Positions 17,698 through 27,725 are shown, counted from the first letter of the stretch. The stretch: DNA of 64,000 nt from Myxococcota bacterium (GCA_041687695.1 JAWLBL010000004.1:1-64000), one strand, 5' to 3'. Made by a program: numbers and translations. Notes: generated by a model not told the origin, from the sequence alone.

Positions 17698-19671
17698 ATG
17701 AAGCGCTCCCTCCAGCGCCTCAAGTATCGGCTCGGGCGCCTGGTGCTGCGCTCGGCGCTCTACCAGATCCTCGTCGCCGCGCTCCTGCTGCTGGTCGTGA
17801 TGGTCGGCGGCGGCGTCACCGTGTACGTCTGGACCGACGAGTTCCCGACGCTCCGCCAGGCGCTCTGGTGGGCCTGGCTGCGCCTGTCGGACCCCGGCTA
17901 CCTGGGCCAGGACTTCGGGCGGCTCACCCGCATGGTCAGCCTCCTGCTCACCATCTCCGGCCTGCTCTTCTACACCGGGGCGGTGGTCGCCATCCTCACG
18001 AACCTGCTCGCGAACATCCTGGCGGGCCTGTCCTCCGGGAGCCACCGCGTCGTCGAGCGCGACCACTTGCTCATCATCGGCTGGCCCGCCGGCATCGGGG
18101 CGGTCGTCACGGAAGCCCTCCGCGCCTGGCAGCGGCTCGACGACGACGCACCTCGCGCGCTGCCCCCCGTGGTCATCCTCCTCGAGCCCGAGCAGTCGGC
18201 CTCCCTCCGCAAGCTCGAGCTCGGCCTCCGCGAGGCGCTCCCCCCCGACCTCCGCCGCAGGGCGCAGCTCCTGCTCCGGACGGGCGACCCGCGCCAACCC
18301 GAGACCCTGCGCCGCCTCGACGCCGCCAACGCCGCCGCCATCCTGCTGCTGCCCGTGGGACAGGGCGCGGCCCCGCGGCGGGCGTCGGACATGCGCATGA
18401 TCCAGACCCTGCAAGCGCTCCGGGGCCTCGCGGGCGCGCCTGGGCGCCCTCGCCCGCCCACGGTCACGATCGAGCTGTCGGTGTCGGCCAACCGCGCCCT
18501 CGCCCTGGCCGCCGGGCCCGCCCGGACCCAGGTGATCGCCCACGCCGACGTCCTCAGCTACATCTTCGCCGAGGCGGTCCGCCGCCCCGGCTTCGCGCAG
18601 GTCGCGGCCAGCCTGGCCGAGCCCGGCCGCGGGGCGGTCGTCGTGGGCCGGGCCGCCGCCCTCGGGGCCACGGGGCGCACCCTCCGCGCGCTGGTGCCCG
18701 CCCTCACGACCGCCATCCCGGTGGGCGTCGTGAGCGCGGACGACGACGCGGCGCGGCTCCTGGACCTCGACACGCCCCTCGGGCCCGACGACCGGATCGT
18801 CGGCCTGGGCCCGTCGGCCGCCGCGCTCGCCGCCGGGTACGCCCCCGAGCGGGTCGGGGCCTGGGACGAGGACGACACCGCGCCTCCGGCCCCGCCCGCC
18901 GCGTCCGCCGAGCCGTCGCGCCCGCGCCGCGCGCTGGTCATCGGGCGCTCGTACCTCCTGCGGGCGCTCGGGGCGCACCTGAACGCCCACCCGCCCGAGC
19001 GCTTCGAGCTGACGCTGGTCCACTCGGGCGAGGTCGAGCTGGTCCAGGCCTACCTCGCGCAGCTCGCCGGGCGCCTCGACCGCCTCACCGTCACGGCGCG
19101 GCTCGCCCGCCTGACCGGACTCGACGAGCTCGCCGAGCTCCGTCCGCAGGACTACGACATCGTGCTCGTGCTGGTCCCGGAGCTCGCCGAGGACCCGCGC
19201 CAGCCCGACGCCGACGCGGTGATGAACGCCCACCTCGTCGACCGCACCTTGCAGGAGTTGGCGCCCGACCACGCGACCGAGGTGGTCGCCGAGCTCTACG
19301 ACGCCGGGCGCGTGACCCTCCTGCCGCCCTCCGTCGCCGCGCGGGCGCTGGTCACCCCCGCCCTCATCACCCACCTCATGGTCCAGGCGGCCCTGCTGCC
19401 GGTCGCCGCCAGCGTCTACGCGCAGCTGCTGACGCCGGAGGGGCCCGATCTCGAGCTGCGCCCGCTGCCCGAGGCCGCCGGCGCGCTCCCCGGGGCGGAG
19501 GTCGACTTCGACCTCTGCCAGCGGGCCTGCCTCGCCGCGGGGGCGCTCGCCCTCGGCTACCTCCTCGAGGGCCCGCGCGGCGCCCTCGACGCCGGGGTCC
19601 ACATCAACCCCACCCGCGCCCTGCGCTTCCGCCCCGGGCCGGGCGACCGCCTCGTCGTCCTCGTGCCCTAG
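17698..19671 (+). CDS. CASTOR/POLLUX-like cation channel with RCK-type domains
   Basis: TM helix, pore helix ALWWAWLRLSDPG, inner helix, then VVERDHLLIIGW, LRTGDP, AAAILLL, VVAELYD and C-terminal HINP...GDRLVVL. Confidence 0.75.
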   Translation: MKRSLQRLKYRLGRLVLRSALYQILVAALLLLVVMVGGGVTVYVWTDEFPTLRQALWWAWLRLSDPGYLGQDFGRLTRMVSLLLTISGLLFYTGAVVAILTNLLANILAGLSSGSHRVVERDHLLIIGWPAGIGAVVTEALRAWQRLDDDAPRALPPVVILLEPEQSASLRKLELGLREALPPDLRRRAQLLLRTGDPRQPETLRRLDAANAAAILLLPVGQGAAPRRASDMRMIQTLQALRGLAGAPGRPRPPTVTIELSVSANRALALAAGPARTQVIAHADVLSYIFAEAVRRPGFAQVAASLAEPGRGAVVVGRAAALGATGRTLRALVPALTTAIPVGVVSADDDAARLLDLDTPLGPDDRIVGLGPSAAALAAGYAPERVGAWDEDDTAPPAPPAASAEPSRPRRALVIGRSYLLRALGAHLNAHPPERFELTLVHSGEVELVQAYLAQLAGRLDRLTVTARLARLTGLDELAELRPQDYDIVLVLVPELAEDPRQPDADAVMNAHLVDRTLQELAPDHATEVVAELYDAGRVTLLPPSVAARALVTPALITHLMVQAALLPVAASVYAQLLTPEGPDLELRPLPEAAGALPGAEVDFDLCQRACLAAGALALGYLLEGPRGALDAGVHINPTRALRFRPGPGDRLVVLVP

Positions 19672-19703
19672 CCGCGCGCCCGACCTCGGACTCCCTGACC
19701 CCT

Positions 19704-19848
19704 GCCGACCCGAGCACCACCTCTCCGCGGAGACGTCGTCTTTGGACCCACCGGCTTGCCGACCCGACCACCACGTCTCCGCGGTAACGTCCTCGGCCGA
19801 CCCGCCGGCCTGGCGAGTCGAGCGCCACGTTTCCGCGGTAACGTCCTC
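19704..19848. repeat. Three tandem 54-bp REP-like units with palindromic core ACGTYTCCGCGGWRACGT
   Basis: Units start at 19704, 19758 and 19812 just after the channel stop; an inverted related array lies at about 29507-29636. Confidence 0.75.
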
Positions 19849-20138
19849 CGCCACGCCGCTTCGCATGTCCGGGCGCCGTCGGCCTGCCCCGCCTCGCCAC
19901 ACTCGACCAGGCTGAAGGGCGACGGTCGGCACCTCGTGAACGATCGCGTGAACGAGCGCCTATGATGATCGCCACTCAGGCCGAGAACTGTGACCCTCGG
20001 GCCTCCGTGTCAGGAACTGCCCCTTGGCCCGCTCCTGCCCATGGTGGACTCCGGCAAGGCGTGAGCGCTAGGCTCCGCCACCGCGGACGAGACGCCGAGC
20101 CCCTCGTCGGCCGGCGGCCGCCCAGCACCGGAGGCCTC

Positions 20139-21272
20139 GTGCAGACCACGCCCCCCGCGCCCCCCACCGGCCCCGTCGCGTGGTCATGGCCGCGGCCGGC
20201 TCGCCATCGCCGCGTCCGGGCCGCGCTGGCCGTCGCCATCGTCGCCCTCGCCGTCGTCCTCGCCGCCGCGCCCGCCTCCGCGCGTCCAGCCGCCGCCAGC
20301 GCCACCCCCTTCGACGCCGTCGTCCTCGGCGTCGGCGACCGCGCCTCGACCCTCCGCGTGGCGCGCACCGCTCCGCGCCCTCGCTCCGACTCCGGGCTGT
20401 CGAGCCTCGCGCCCGACGAGCTCGTCGACCTCTCGCAATGCGTCAGCCCAAGCACCAGGCAGCTCGGCGGCGCCGCGGCCGCGCAGCTCGCCCTCGACGA
20501 GCTCCTCGGCGAGCGTGTCCGGGTCCGCGTCGTCGGCCCGGGCCCCGACGTCGGGAGCCAGGCGGCGGCCGTCACTCACGGCCGGCGCTCCCTCTGCCAC
20601 ACCCTGGTCGCGGCCGGCGCGGCGTGGGTCCTGCCGGCCGCCCGCTCCGACGCGGCGCTCGCCCGGCTCGAGCGTGAGGCCCGCGAGGCACGCCGTGGCC
20701 TCTGGGCCCATCCCGACCCCATCCCGCCCTGGCAGTGGCGGGACCTCATGCTCCTGCGCGACCCGGCCCACCAGCGCTTCCACTCAGATTGGGACTGCCC
20801 CTGGGTGCGCGCGACGCAGTGCGAGGGATGCTCGGGCCGCTTCTGGAGCCTCGAGGAGGCGACCGCCGCCGGGTTCACCCCCCACGACGCGTGCATGACG
20901 CCCGAGAACCTCCGCCTCGCCGCGAACGCCGCGCCCATGGCCGACGCGCAGGCCCTCGCGCAGCCGCCGCAGCTCCCTCCCCACGCCCGCCGCCAGTGCT
21001 CCGCGGACGCCGACTGCGTCGCCGCCCCCTTCCCGGCCTGCACCTGTCGCCCCTGCGCCACCCACTGGCTCCAGCCGGTCCGCGCCGACGTCGCCCGCCG
21101 CATGTCGGCCAACTTCCGCGCCGCCGCGTGCGGCCCCGTCCCCTGCCCGGCGTGCGCCAACCCCGCGCCCCTCGGCGTCCCGCGCTGCGTCGCCGGTCAG
21201 TGCGCCGCCGTCGCGCCCCGCGCCGGTCCAGAGGCGCCCGGGGGCGACGGCTCGCTCCCAAGGCTGCCCTGA
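20139..21272 (+). CDS. Secreted thermonuclease (SNase)-like protein with a degenerate active site, an Ada-like metal-binding segment and a Cys-rich tail
   Basis: LVAAGAAWV...LEREAREARRGLW...PIPPWQWR is the SNase C-terminal signature; RFHSDWDC...FWSLEEATAAGFTPHDAC resembles the Ada-type Zn module. The start at GTG 20139 (after GGAGG) is inferred. Confidence 0.6.
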   Translation: MQTTPPAPPTGPVAWSWPRPARHRRVRAALAVAIVALAVVLAAAPASARPAAASATPFDAVVLGVGDRASTLRVARTAPRPRSDSGLSSLAPDELVDLSQCVSPSTRQLGGAAAAQLALDELLGERVRVRVVGPGPDVGSQAAAVTHGRRSLCHTLVAAGAAWVLPAARSDAALARLEREAREARRGLWAHPDPIPPWQWRDLMLLRDPAHQRFHSDWDCPWVRATQCEGCSGRFWSLEEATAAGFTPHDACMTPENLRLAANAAPMADAQALAQPPQLPPHARRQCSADADCVAAPFPACTCRPCATHWLQPVRADVARRMSANFRAAACGPVPCPACANPAPLGVPRCVAGQCAAVAPRAGPEAPGGDGSLPRLP

Positions 21273-21282
21273 CGAGGCCCGG

Positions 21283-22752
21283 TCACGCGGGCGTCGGCTG
21301 GCGCTGGGGCGTGGGGCGGCGGCCGAGGGCGCGGCCCAGGTCCTTCAAGGCGCTGCCGAGGCCCTCTTCGTAGGCGGGGTGGTAGAAGGGGAGGTCGAGG
21401 GCCGAGTCGACGGTGGCGCCGAGCTGGATGGCCCAGGCGAGGCTGTGGGCGAGGTGCTCGGCGGCCGGCGACAAGAGGGTGCCGCCGAGGAGGCGGCGGG
21501 AGTCGCGGTCGGCGTAGACGCGGATGAGGCCGCGGGCGCGGCCATGGACCTTGGCGCGGCCGAGGTTGGCCATGTCGAAGCGGCCGATGGCGGTGGCCTC
21601 GGGATCGAGGGAGGCGAAGTCGGCGCCGACCTGGGCCACCTGCGGGTCGGAGAAGACGATGGCGAGCGGGGTCTTGCGTGGGGCCGGCTGCGGGTGCGGG
21701 TGGCGGGCGGCGTTGGCGCCGGCGAGCTGCCCTTCGTGGGCGGCCTCGTGCTGGATGAGGCGGTCGCCGGTGACGTCGCCGGCGACGTAGATGGAGGTGT
21801 CGCCGAGGCGGGCGGTGAGCGGGTCGATGGCCGGGAGGGCCGAGAGGCCGGCGGCCTCGAGGTCGAGATCGGCCCAGTGGGGGCGGCGGCCGGTGGCGAC
21901 GAGGACGCGCTCGAAGCGCTCGGAGCGGACGAGGCCGCCGGGGGTGCTGAAGCGGACGGCGACGTGGTCGGGGTGCGGGTCGAGGGCGAGGAGCTCGTGG
22001 TCGAAGTAGGCCTCGAGCTCGGCGGCGAAGTGGGCGCGGGCGACCTCGGCGACGACGGGGTCGGTGATCTGGGCGACGCGGTCGCCGAGGTCGAGGAGCG
22101 TCACGCGGACGCCGAGGCGGTGGAAGGCCTGGCCGAGCTCGAGGCCGATGGGGCCGGCGCCGACGACGAGGAGGCTCTCGGGGAGGCGGTCGAGCTCGAA
22201 GACGGACTCGTTGGTGAGCAGGCGGTCGCCGAGGTCGCGGTAGGGCGGCGGGACGTAGGGGCGGGAGCCGGTGGCGATGACGGTGGCGCGGGCGGTGATG
22301 GTGGCGAGAGGGGCGCCGGAGGGGGCGTCGACGGCGAGGGTGGTGGGGGAGAGGAAGCGGGCGCGGCCGCGGAGGAAGTCGGGGTTGTCGTCGTCGGCGC
22401 CGTCGGGGCCCCACAGGGCGCGCCAGCCGGCGAGGGTGTGGCCGACGAAGTGGTCGCGCAGGCGCTGGAGGCGGGCGAGGACGGCCTCGCCCTCGACGGA
22501 GATGTCGTCGATGCAGAGGCCGAAGTCGCGGGCGGCGCGGGCGTCGTGGGCGTGGTCGGCGGCGGCGATGAGGAGCTTGCTGGGCATGCAGCCGACGCGG
22601 GCGCAGGTGGTGCCGAGGGGGCCGGGGTCGATGATGACGGCGCGGGCGCCCTCGCGCTGGGCGGCGCGGAGGGCGTTGAGGCCCGCCGTTCCGGCGCCGA
22701 GGATGGCGACGTCGACGGAGCGGGAGGTGGTGGGGGTGGCGGCGAGCGTCAT
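21283..22752 (-). CDS. Dihydrolipoamide-dehydrogenase-like flavoprotein disulfide reductase
   Basis: DVAILGAGTAG, redox-active GTTCARVGCMPSK, VIATGSRP, GAGPIGLE, ATGRRP, YVAGD, FSDPQ and FYHPAYEEG. Confidence 0.88.
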   Translation of the reverse strand: MTLAATPTTSRSVDVAILGAGTAGLNALRAAQREGARAVIIDPGPLGTTCARVGCMPSKLLIAAADHAHDARAARDFGLCIDDISVEGEAVLARLQRLRDHFVGHTLAGWRALWGPDGADDDNPDFLRGRARFLSPTTLAVDAPSGAPLATITARATVIATGSRPYVPPPYRDLGDRLLTNESVFELDRLPESLLVVGAGPIGLELGQAFHRLGVRVTLLDLGDRVAQITDPVVAEVARAHFAAELEAYFDHELLALDPHPDHVAVRFSTPGGLVRSERFERVLVATGRRPHWADLDLEAAGLSALPAIDPLTARLGDTSIYVAGDVTGDRLIQHEAAHEGQLAGANAARHPHPQPAPRKTPLAIVFSDPQVAQVGADFASLDPEATAIGRFDMANLGRAKVHGRARGLIRVYADRDSRRLLGGTLLSPAAEHLAHSLAWAIQLGATVDSALDLPFYHPAYEEGLGSALKDLGRALGRRPTPQRQPTPA

Positions 22753-23183
22753 CGGGCGGCTCCGAGGGTGTCGAGGGCGCGGTCCAGGCGGGCGCGGACA
22801 TCGTCGGCGATGGGGGCGAGGCCGGGGTGGTCGACGACCGAGAACATGGCGCGGGGGTCGATGGCGGAGACGGTGGCGCCGTCGGCGTCCGAGGTGACGA
22901 CGACGTTGCACGGCAGGAGGAGGCCGATGGCGGGCTCGGCGGCCAGGGCGCGGGCGGCGAGGGCCGGGTTGCAGGCGCCGAGGATGACGTAGTCGCGGCC
23001 GAGGTCCTGGCCGAGCTTGGCCTGGAGGGTGGCGCGGAGGTCGATCTCGGTGAGGACGCCGAACCCCTCGGCGGCGAGGGCCTCGCGGGTGCGGGCGACG
23101 GCGTCGGCGAACGAGGTCTCGGGGAGGTGGCGGGTCAGCCCGTAAGACGGGGTCCCGAAGGCTTCGGACGGTGTGTGGCTCAT
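22749..23183 (-). CDS. DUF302 domain protein
   Basis: EGFGVLTEID...YVILGACNP..A..AL.....IGLLLPCNVVV signature; overlaps the reductase start (ATGA). Confidence 0.88.
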   Translation of the reverse strand: MSHTPSEAFGTPSYGLTRHLPETSFADAVARTREALAAEGFGVLTEIDLRATLQAKLGQDLGRDYVILGACNPALAARALAAEPAIGLLLPCNVVVTSDADGATVSAIDPRAMFSVVDHPGLAPIADDVRARLDRALDTLGAAR

Positions 23184-23345
23184 GGTGCGCTCCGGTAGGT
23201 CGGGCAGGGGGCGACGCGCTCCCATGACCGATAGAGCCACCGGCGCGGCAGAGTGTTACGGGGACCACGGTGTTTTTCGGGCGCGCCAGCGAGCAACAGC
23301 GGCGGGGCGGTCTTCGTCGCCTGCGCGGCGCGCCCGAGCGGCGAG

Positions 23346-25373
23346 CTATGGTCCGTAGAACAGCTTCACGTCCGCGGCCGTCGCCGGGTCGGCGCTGTTG
23401 CCGCCGGGGCCCTGCACGCCGGCGGTGCCCAGCGAGCAGTCCCAGCCGTTCTCGCCCCAGCAGCGGACCGCGCCTGTCTCCATCAACGCGCAGGTGTAGC
23501 GGTCGCCGATCGCCACGTCGGCGACCTTGGCGGGCAGCGCGATGTCGCCTACGTCGGCGGGGACCTCGTCGTCGCCGATGTTCTCGTCGATGGCGGGGTA
23601 GCCCAGCTTCCCGCCCACCGAGGCGCCCCAGCAGCGCAGGGCGCCGGTGGTCAGGATGGCGCAGGTCTGGTCGTCGCCGGCGAACACCTTGTCGACCGGC
23701 CCGCCGACGTTCACCGGACCGACCTCGGTCGGCGTCTCCGCCTTGCCCAGGTCGCTGACGTGCCCGTACCCCAGGCGCCCGTCGCTGTTGAGGCCCCAGC
23801 AGTACAGCGATCCGCCGGTGACGACCGCGCACGCGTGCCAATCGCCGACGGCGATGTCCGTCGCCAGGTCCGGCAGGGGCACGTCCGACAGCTTGGTCGG
23901 GTCGAACCAAGCGCCCGGCACGCCGGCGCCCAGCACGCCGAAGCCGTTGCTGCCCCAGCAGCGCACGCCGCCGTCGGCGCGGAGGGCGCACCCCGTCTGG
24001 GCGCCCAGCTCGAGCTTGGCGACGGCCCCGCCCAGGTCGATGAGGGCGTTCGCCGTGGGCAGCTCGTCGTCCCCCACGGGCTGCGAGTTCTCGCTGGCGA
24101 ACAGGCTGGCGCCCCAGCCCCAGCAGCGGACGGCGCCGCCGGCCAGGACGACGCAGGTGTTGCTGTTGCCGGCCGCCACCGATGCCACGACGCCGCCGAC
24201 CGCGATGGCGCCGCCCGAGTCGACCGGCTCGTCGTCGCCGATGCTCTCGTCGTTGCCGTAGCCCAGGACGCCGGAGCCGGCCCCGCCGAAGCAGTGCACG
24301 GTGCCGTCGTCGAGCACCCAGCAGGTGTGGCTGCTTCCGGTGGCGACCTGGGTGACGAACCCGGCGATGTCGACCGCGCCGGCCTCGTAGACGGGGAGCG
24401 CCTCGCAGCCGACCCGCTCGACGCCCGGGTAGCCCAGCTTCCCGAAGCCGTCGTCGGCGCCCCAACAGCGCATGGTGCCGTTGTCGAAGAGCGCGCAGGT
24501 GCGGTTCAGGTCGGCCTCGAGGCCGACGACGTTGGCCCCGCAGACGCCGCCGCCCAGGTCCTGGTAGGCGGCCGCGCAGGCTCCGCAGTCGGCGCCCTCG
24601 TAGGTGTCGTAACAGGTGCACACCGCAGACCCGGTGCTGCCGTCGCAGGCGGCGTTGTTGCACGGCGTGACCTCGCACACCGGCAGGCACTCGTCGCCGG
24701 TGTCGGTCCAGCCCAGCGGGCAGGCGCTGCAGTCGGCGCCTTCGTACAGGCCGTAGCACTCGCAGACGGGCTCGCCGGTGTAGCCGTCGCACCAGCCGTG
24801 GCCGCTGCAGCTGTCGGGCTGGCACGCCTCGACGCACTCGCCGCCCGCGTGGCCGTAGTAGGGCGCGCAGGATTCGCAGTCCTGGCCGATCCACCCCTGG
24901 TCGCACAGGCAGATGGCGTAACCCGACCAGGCGTCGCAGATCCCACGGCCACCGCAGTCGCGGCCGGCGCACAGGTCGACGCAGGCGCCGCCCTGCTCGG
25001 CGAAGCCGCGCTCGCACACATCGCAGAACGGGGCCGCCCACCCCGGCTCGCAGGCGCAGACCGCCGCGCCACCGACCATGCTGCAGGTGCCGTGGCCGGA
25101 GCAGGTGTCGGGGCCGCAGCCGGGGGCGCAGAGGCCGCCGAGCAGGGTGTAGCCCGGGGCGCATGTGGCGCAGCCGTCGCCGGCGTAGCCGGGGAAACAC
25201 TCACACACCCCGTCGACCCACTGCGCGTGGGGCGGGCAGGTCGTCCCGGGAGCGTCGCTGGTGACGTCGGCGCCCGCATCGGCACAGCCGACGCACTCCG
25301 CCGGGGGCGACGAGCCGCACGCCGCGAGCCCGACGAGCAGCAGCGAGCAAGCTGCCATCAGGGCATTTCGCAC
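23346..25373 (-). CDS. Lipoprotein with EGF-like repeats and an RCC1/BLIP-II beta-propeller
   Basis: Lipobox LAAC; EGF units (CSGHGTC...CACEPGW); about 7 repeats of TCA...G.VRCWG...G.LG. GTG 25373 follows GGAGGAGG (alternative ATG at 25358). Confidence 0.85.
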   Translation of the reverse strand: MRNALMAACSLLLVGLAACGSSPPAECVGCADAGADVTSDAPGTTCPPHAQWVDGVCECFPGYAGDGCATCAPGYTLLGGLCAPGCGPDTCSGHGTCSMVGGAAVCACEPGWAAPFCDVCERGFAEQGGACVDLCAGRDCGGRGICDAWSGYAICLCDQGWIGQDCESCAPYYGHAGGECVEACQPDSCSGHGWCDGYTGEPVCECYGLYEGADCSACPLGWTDTGDECLPVCEVTPCNNAACDGSTGSAVCTCYDTYEGADCGACAAAYQDLGGGVCGANVVGLEADLNRTCALFDNGTMRCWGADDGFGKLGYPGVERVGCEALPVYEAGAVDIAGFVTQVATGSSHTCWVLDDGTVHCFGGAGSGVLGYGNDESIGDDEPVDSGGAIAVGGVVASVAAGNSNTCVVLAGGAVRCWGWGASLFASENSQPVGDDELPTANALIDLGGAVAKLELGAQTGCALRADGGVRCWGSNGFGVLGAGVPGAWFDPTKLSDVPLPDLATDIAVGDWHACAVVTGGSLYCWGLNSDGRLGYGHVSDLGKAETPTEVGPVNVGGPVDKVFAGDDQTCAILTTGALRCWGASVGGKLGYPAIDENIGDDEVPADVGDIALPAKVADVAIGDRYTCALMETGAVRCWGENGWDCSLGTAGVQGPGGNSADPATAADVKLFYGP

Positions 25374-27334
25374 AGCGGGCCTCCTCCGACGGGCTGGCAG
25401 ACGTCGTGGCAGTAGTCGCTCTGGCACTCGTCCGAGTCCTCGCACGGCTCGCCTTGCGCTTTCAGCGGCGGGATGGCGACGCAAGTGCCGCCCTCGCAGG
25501 TGGTGCCCTTGGCGCACTCCCAGTCGAGCAGGCACTCGCTGCCCTCCGGCTTGCGTTGGGCGCACCGGAAGCCGTTGAACGGGTCGCAGTAGAGCCCCGC
25601 GCCGCAGGCGATGAAGAACGTGCAGGGTGCGCCGACGGTCGTTGCGCCGCACTCGAAGCTCATCCGCGTGCAGCGGCCGTCGAGGCAGGCGTACGGCGGG
25701 ATGCACGCGTCGTAACCCTCGCAGGCCTGGCCGGGGCCTGGTTGGGCGACACAGACGCCGCCCTTGCACTGGCCCCAGGGGTAGCAGTCGTCGCCGGCGC
25801 ACGGATCGCCGATCTGTGGCTTGGGCCCGCATTGGCCGGCGCTGCTGCAGAAGCCGCTCTTGCAGGCGTCGCCTCCTTCGTCGCAGGACTCGCCGTCCTC
25901 GCGCAGCGGCAGGCAGGCGCGTGCGTCCCAGTCGTCACACCACTGTCCGGGGGCGCACTCCGAGGTGTCGCTACAGGCCTGACGGCAGGTGCCGCCCCAG
26001 CAGCGGCCCGACAAGCACTGGTCGTCGCTACTGCACGGGCCGCCGATCTGGGACCGCGTGACGCAGCCGTGCGAGTAGGAGCAGCCGCCGCCGCGGCACT
26101 GGTCGTCGTCGCTACACGTGTGGCCGTCGGGGTAGCCGCAGACCAGGGCGCCGGGGTCGCAGTAGCCGCCCCTGCAGTCGGTGTCCGCTGCGCAGGGCCG
26201 GCCGCCGGCGCGCTTGCCGCAGGTCGCGCTGAGGCTGTCGCAGTAGCCGGTCGTGCACTGGAAGTCCTTGTGGCAGGGGGCGCCGTCGGGGCGCTCGTCG
26301 ATGCAGATGAGGAGCGAGCCCTCGCAGTTGTGGGTGCGGCAGCCCTTGTTGGACGCACAAGGCGCGCCCTCGTGGCCGCCGGAGTCGCACAGGCCCTCGT
26401 TGGCGTTGGCGTCGAGGAGCTCGCCGTTGCAGAACCCCGAGGCACAGTCCGAGTCGGCGTGGCAGGAGGCGCCGTCGGCCTCGGGCAGCTCGCAGTCGCC
26501 GGTCTCGCGCGAGCAGTGCAGCCCCTGGGCGCACCAGAGGCCGCTCTCCTTGCACTCCTGGCCGACGCTGCCGCGCGGGACGCAGGTGCTGGTGTCGCTC
26601 TCGCAGTAGAACCCGGTGGCGCAGGCCTGGTTGAAGCAGGGGCCGGACGAGGGCGCGGCGACGCACTTGCGGGTGTCCGGGTCGCAGATGTTCTGGACCT
26701 CGTCGTCCCAGCGGCAGGAGACGACGCTGCAGTCCTCGCCGAGGTCGCCGTGGCGGAGGCAGACGCGGCAGAGGTCCCGCTCGTCGGCGGTGGGGTAGCC
26801 CGGGGAGCCGTTGTAGTCGACGCAGACGAGGCCGTCGGCGCAGCTGTAGTTGCGCTCGCAGGACTCGCCCTCGCCGGGGGGCGGCGGCTGGGCATGGTCG
26901 TCGTCGTCGTCGCCGTCGCCGAAGGAGCCTCCGAGGACGCCGCAGGGCCCCTCGTTGACCGAGGCCCAGGCGTCGCAGCTGCTGGCGGCGAGCCAGGCTT
27001 CACAGGCGGCGAGGGCGCTGGCGTCGGCCTGCACGTCGATATGCGTGACGGTCCACTCATCCTGGCCGTATTCGTCGCGTGTCGAGTCGATGCGGCAGGT
27101 GAGCAGGAAGTCGAGGGTCTGGATGCACTCGCCGCGGTTGGCGGTGGAGATCGCGAAGTCGTCGCTGGGACAGCGCGCGAGGTAGTCGCACATGGCCCCG
27201 AGGACGGCCGAGCCGCCGGAGATGGAGACGGCGGCGGGTCGGCTGGTGCTCGAGCCCTGGCTGGCAGCGTCGCTGCAGGCGGGGGCGAGGGCGGACAACG
27301 CCAGGGATGGCACCAGGTACAAAAAGCTACGCAT
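25358..27334 (-). CDS. Cys-rich lipoprotein with Dickkopf/colipase-like GxxCxxDxxCxxGxC repeats
   Basis: MRSFLYLVPSLALSALAPAC lipobox; many G..C..D..C..G.C units; GGGGAG RBS. Confidence 0.8.
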   Translation of the reverse strand: MRSFLYLVPSLALSALAPACSDAASQGSSTSRPAAVSISGGSAVLGAMCDYLARCPSDDFAISTANRGECIQTLDFLLTCRIDSTRDEYGQDEWTVTHIDVQADASALAACEAWLAASSCDAWASVNEGPCGVLGGSFGDGDDDDDHAQPPPPGEGESCERNYSCADGLVCVDYNGSPGYPTADERDLCRVCLRHGDLGEDCSVVSCRWDDEVQNICDPDTRKCVAAPSSGPCFNQACATGFYCESDTSTCVPRGSVGQECKESGLWCAQGLHCSRETGDCELPEADGASCHADSDCASGFCNGELLDANANEGLCDSGGHEGAPCASNKGCRTHNCEGSLLICIDERPDGAPCHKDFQCTTGYCDSLSATCGKRAGGRPCAADTDCRGGYCDPGALVCGYPDGHTCSDDDQCRGGGCSYSHGCVTRSQIGGPCSSDDQCLSGRCWGGTCRQACSDTSECAPGQWCDDWDARACLPLREDGESCDEGGDACKSGFCSSAGQCGPKPQIGDPCAGDDCYPWGQCKGGVCVAQPGPGQACEGYDACIPPYACLDGRCTRMSFECGATTVGAPCTFFIACGAGLYCDPFNGFRCAQRKPEGSECLLDWECAKGTTCEGGTCVAIPPLKAQGEPCEDSDECQSDYCHDVCQPVGGGPLCEMP

Positions 27335-27725
27335 GTCGCTCCCCGCGTGTGACCCATGACGTAGCCGGAAGCGGGCGTGGACGCAATGTGAGGCGCCTCT
27401 CAGCCCGCTGTTCGGCGGGGGACGTCCCGCGTGGACGGGGGGCGGGGTGTCGCTCGCGCTGGAGCTCGCCGCCGCCCGCGCTGACGTGGAGGCTGCCGCC
27501 TGCCGGTGCGCCCGAGCGCCACGGGCCCGAGCCGGTGTTCGGGCCGCAGTGACGCCGCGCGTCACGCCTCGCCTGCGCGCGCCGCCATGCGGACGTCATT
27601 GCTCGTCGGGCGCGCGCTGCACCGCGGGCAAGCCCCAGCGGGCCTTCGCGGCGCAAGGGTCACCGCTCGTCGTCCCGAGAAGTTCGCAGGTTGGGGCCCG
27701 ACCATCTCCCGGCCATGCGGCGCCC

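Noticed and set aside
19704..19848. Possible mini CRISPR array or parS cluster
   Set aside because: The repeats are degenerate, the 17-bp 'spacers' resemble each other, no cas genes are present, and the palindrome differs from the parS consensus TGTTNCACGTGAAACA.
21283..25200. 1305-aa ORF suggesting a large reductase fusion
   Set aside because: The N-terminal part is an off-frame read through the RCC1 and DUF302 genes; reductase motifs begin at 22752.
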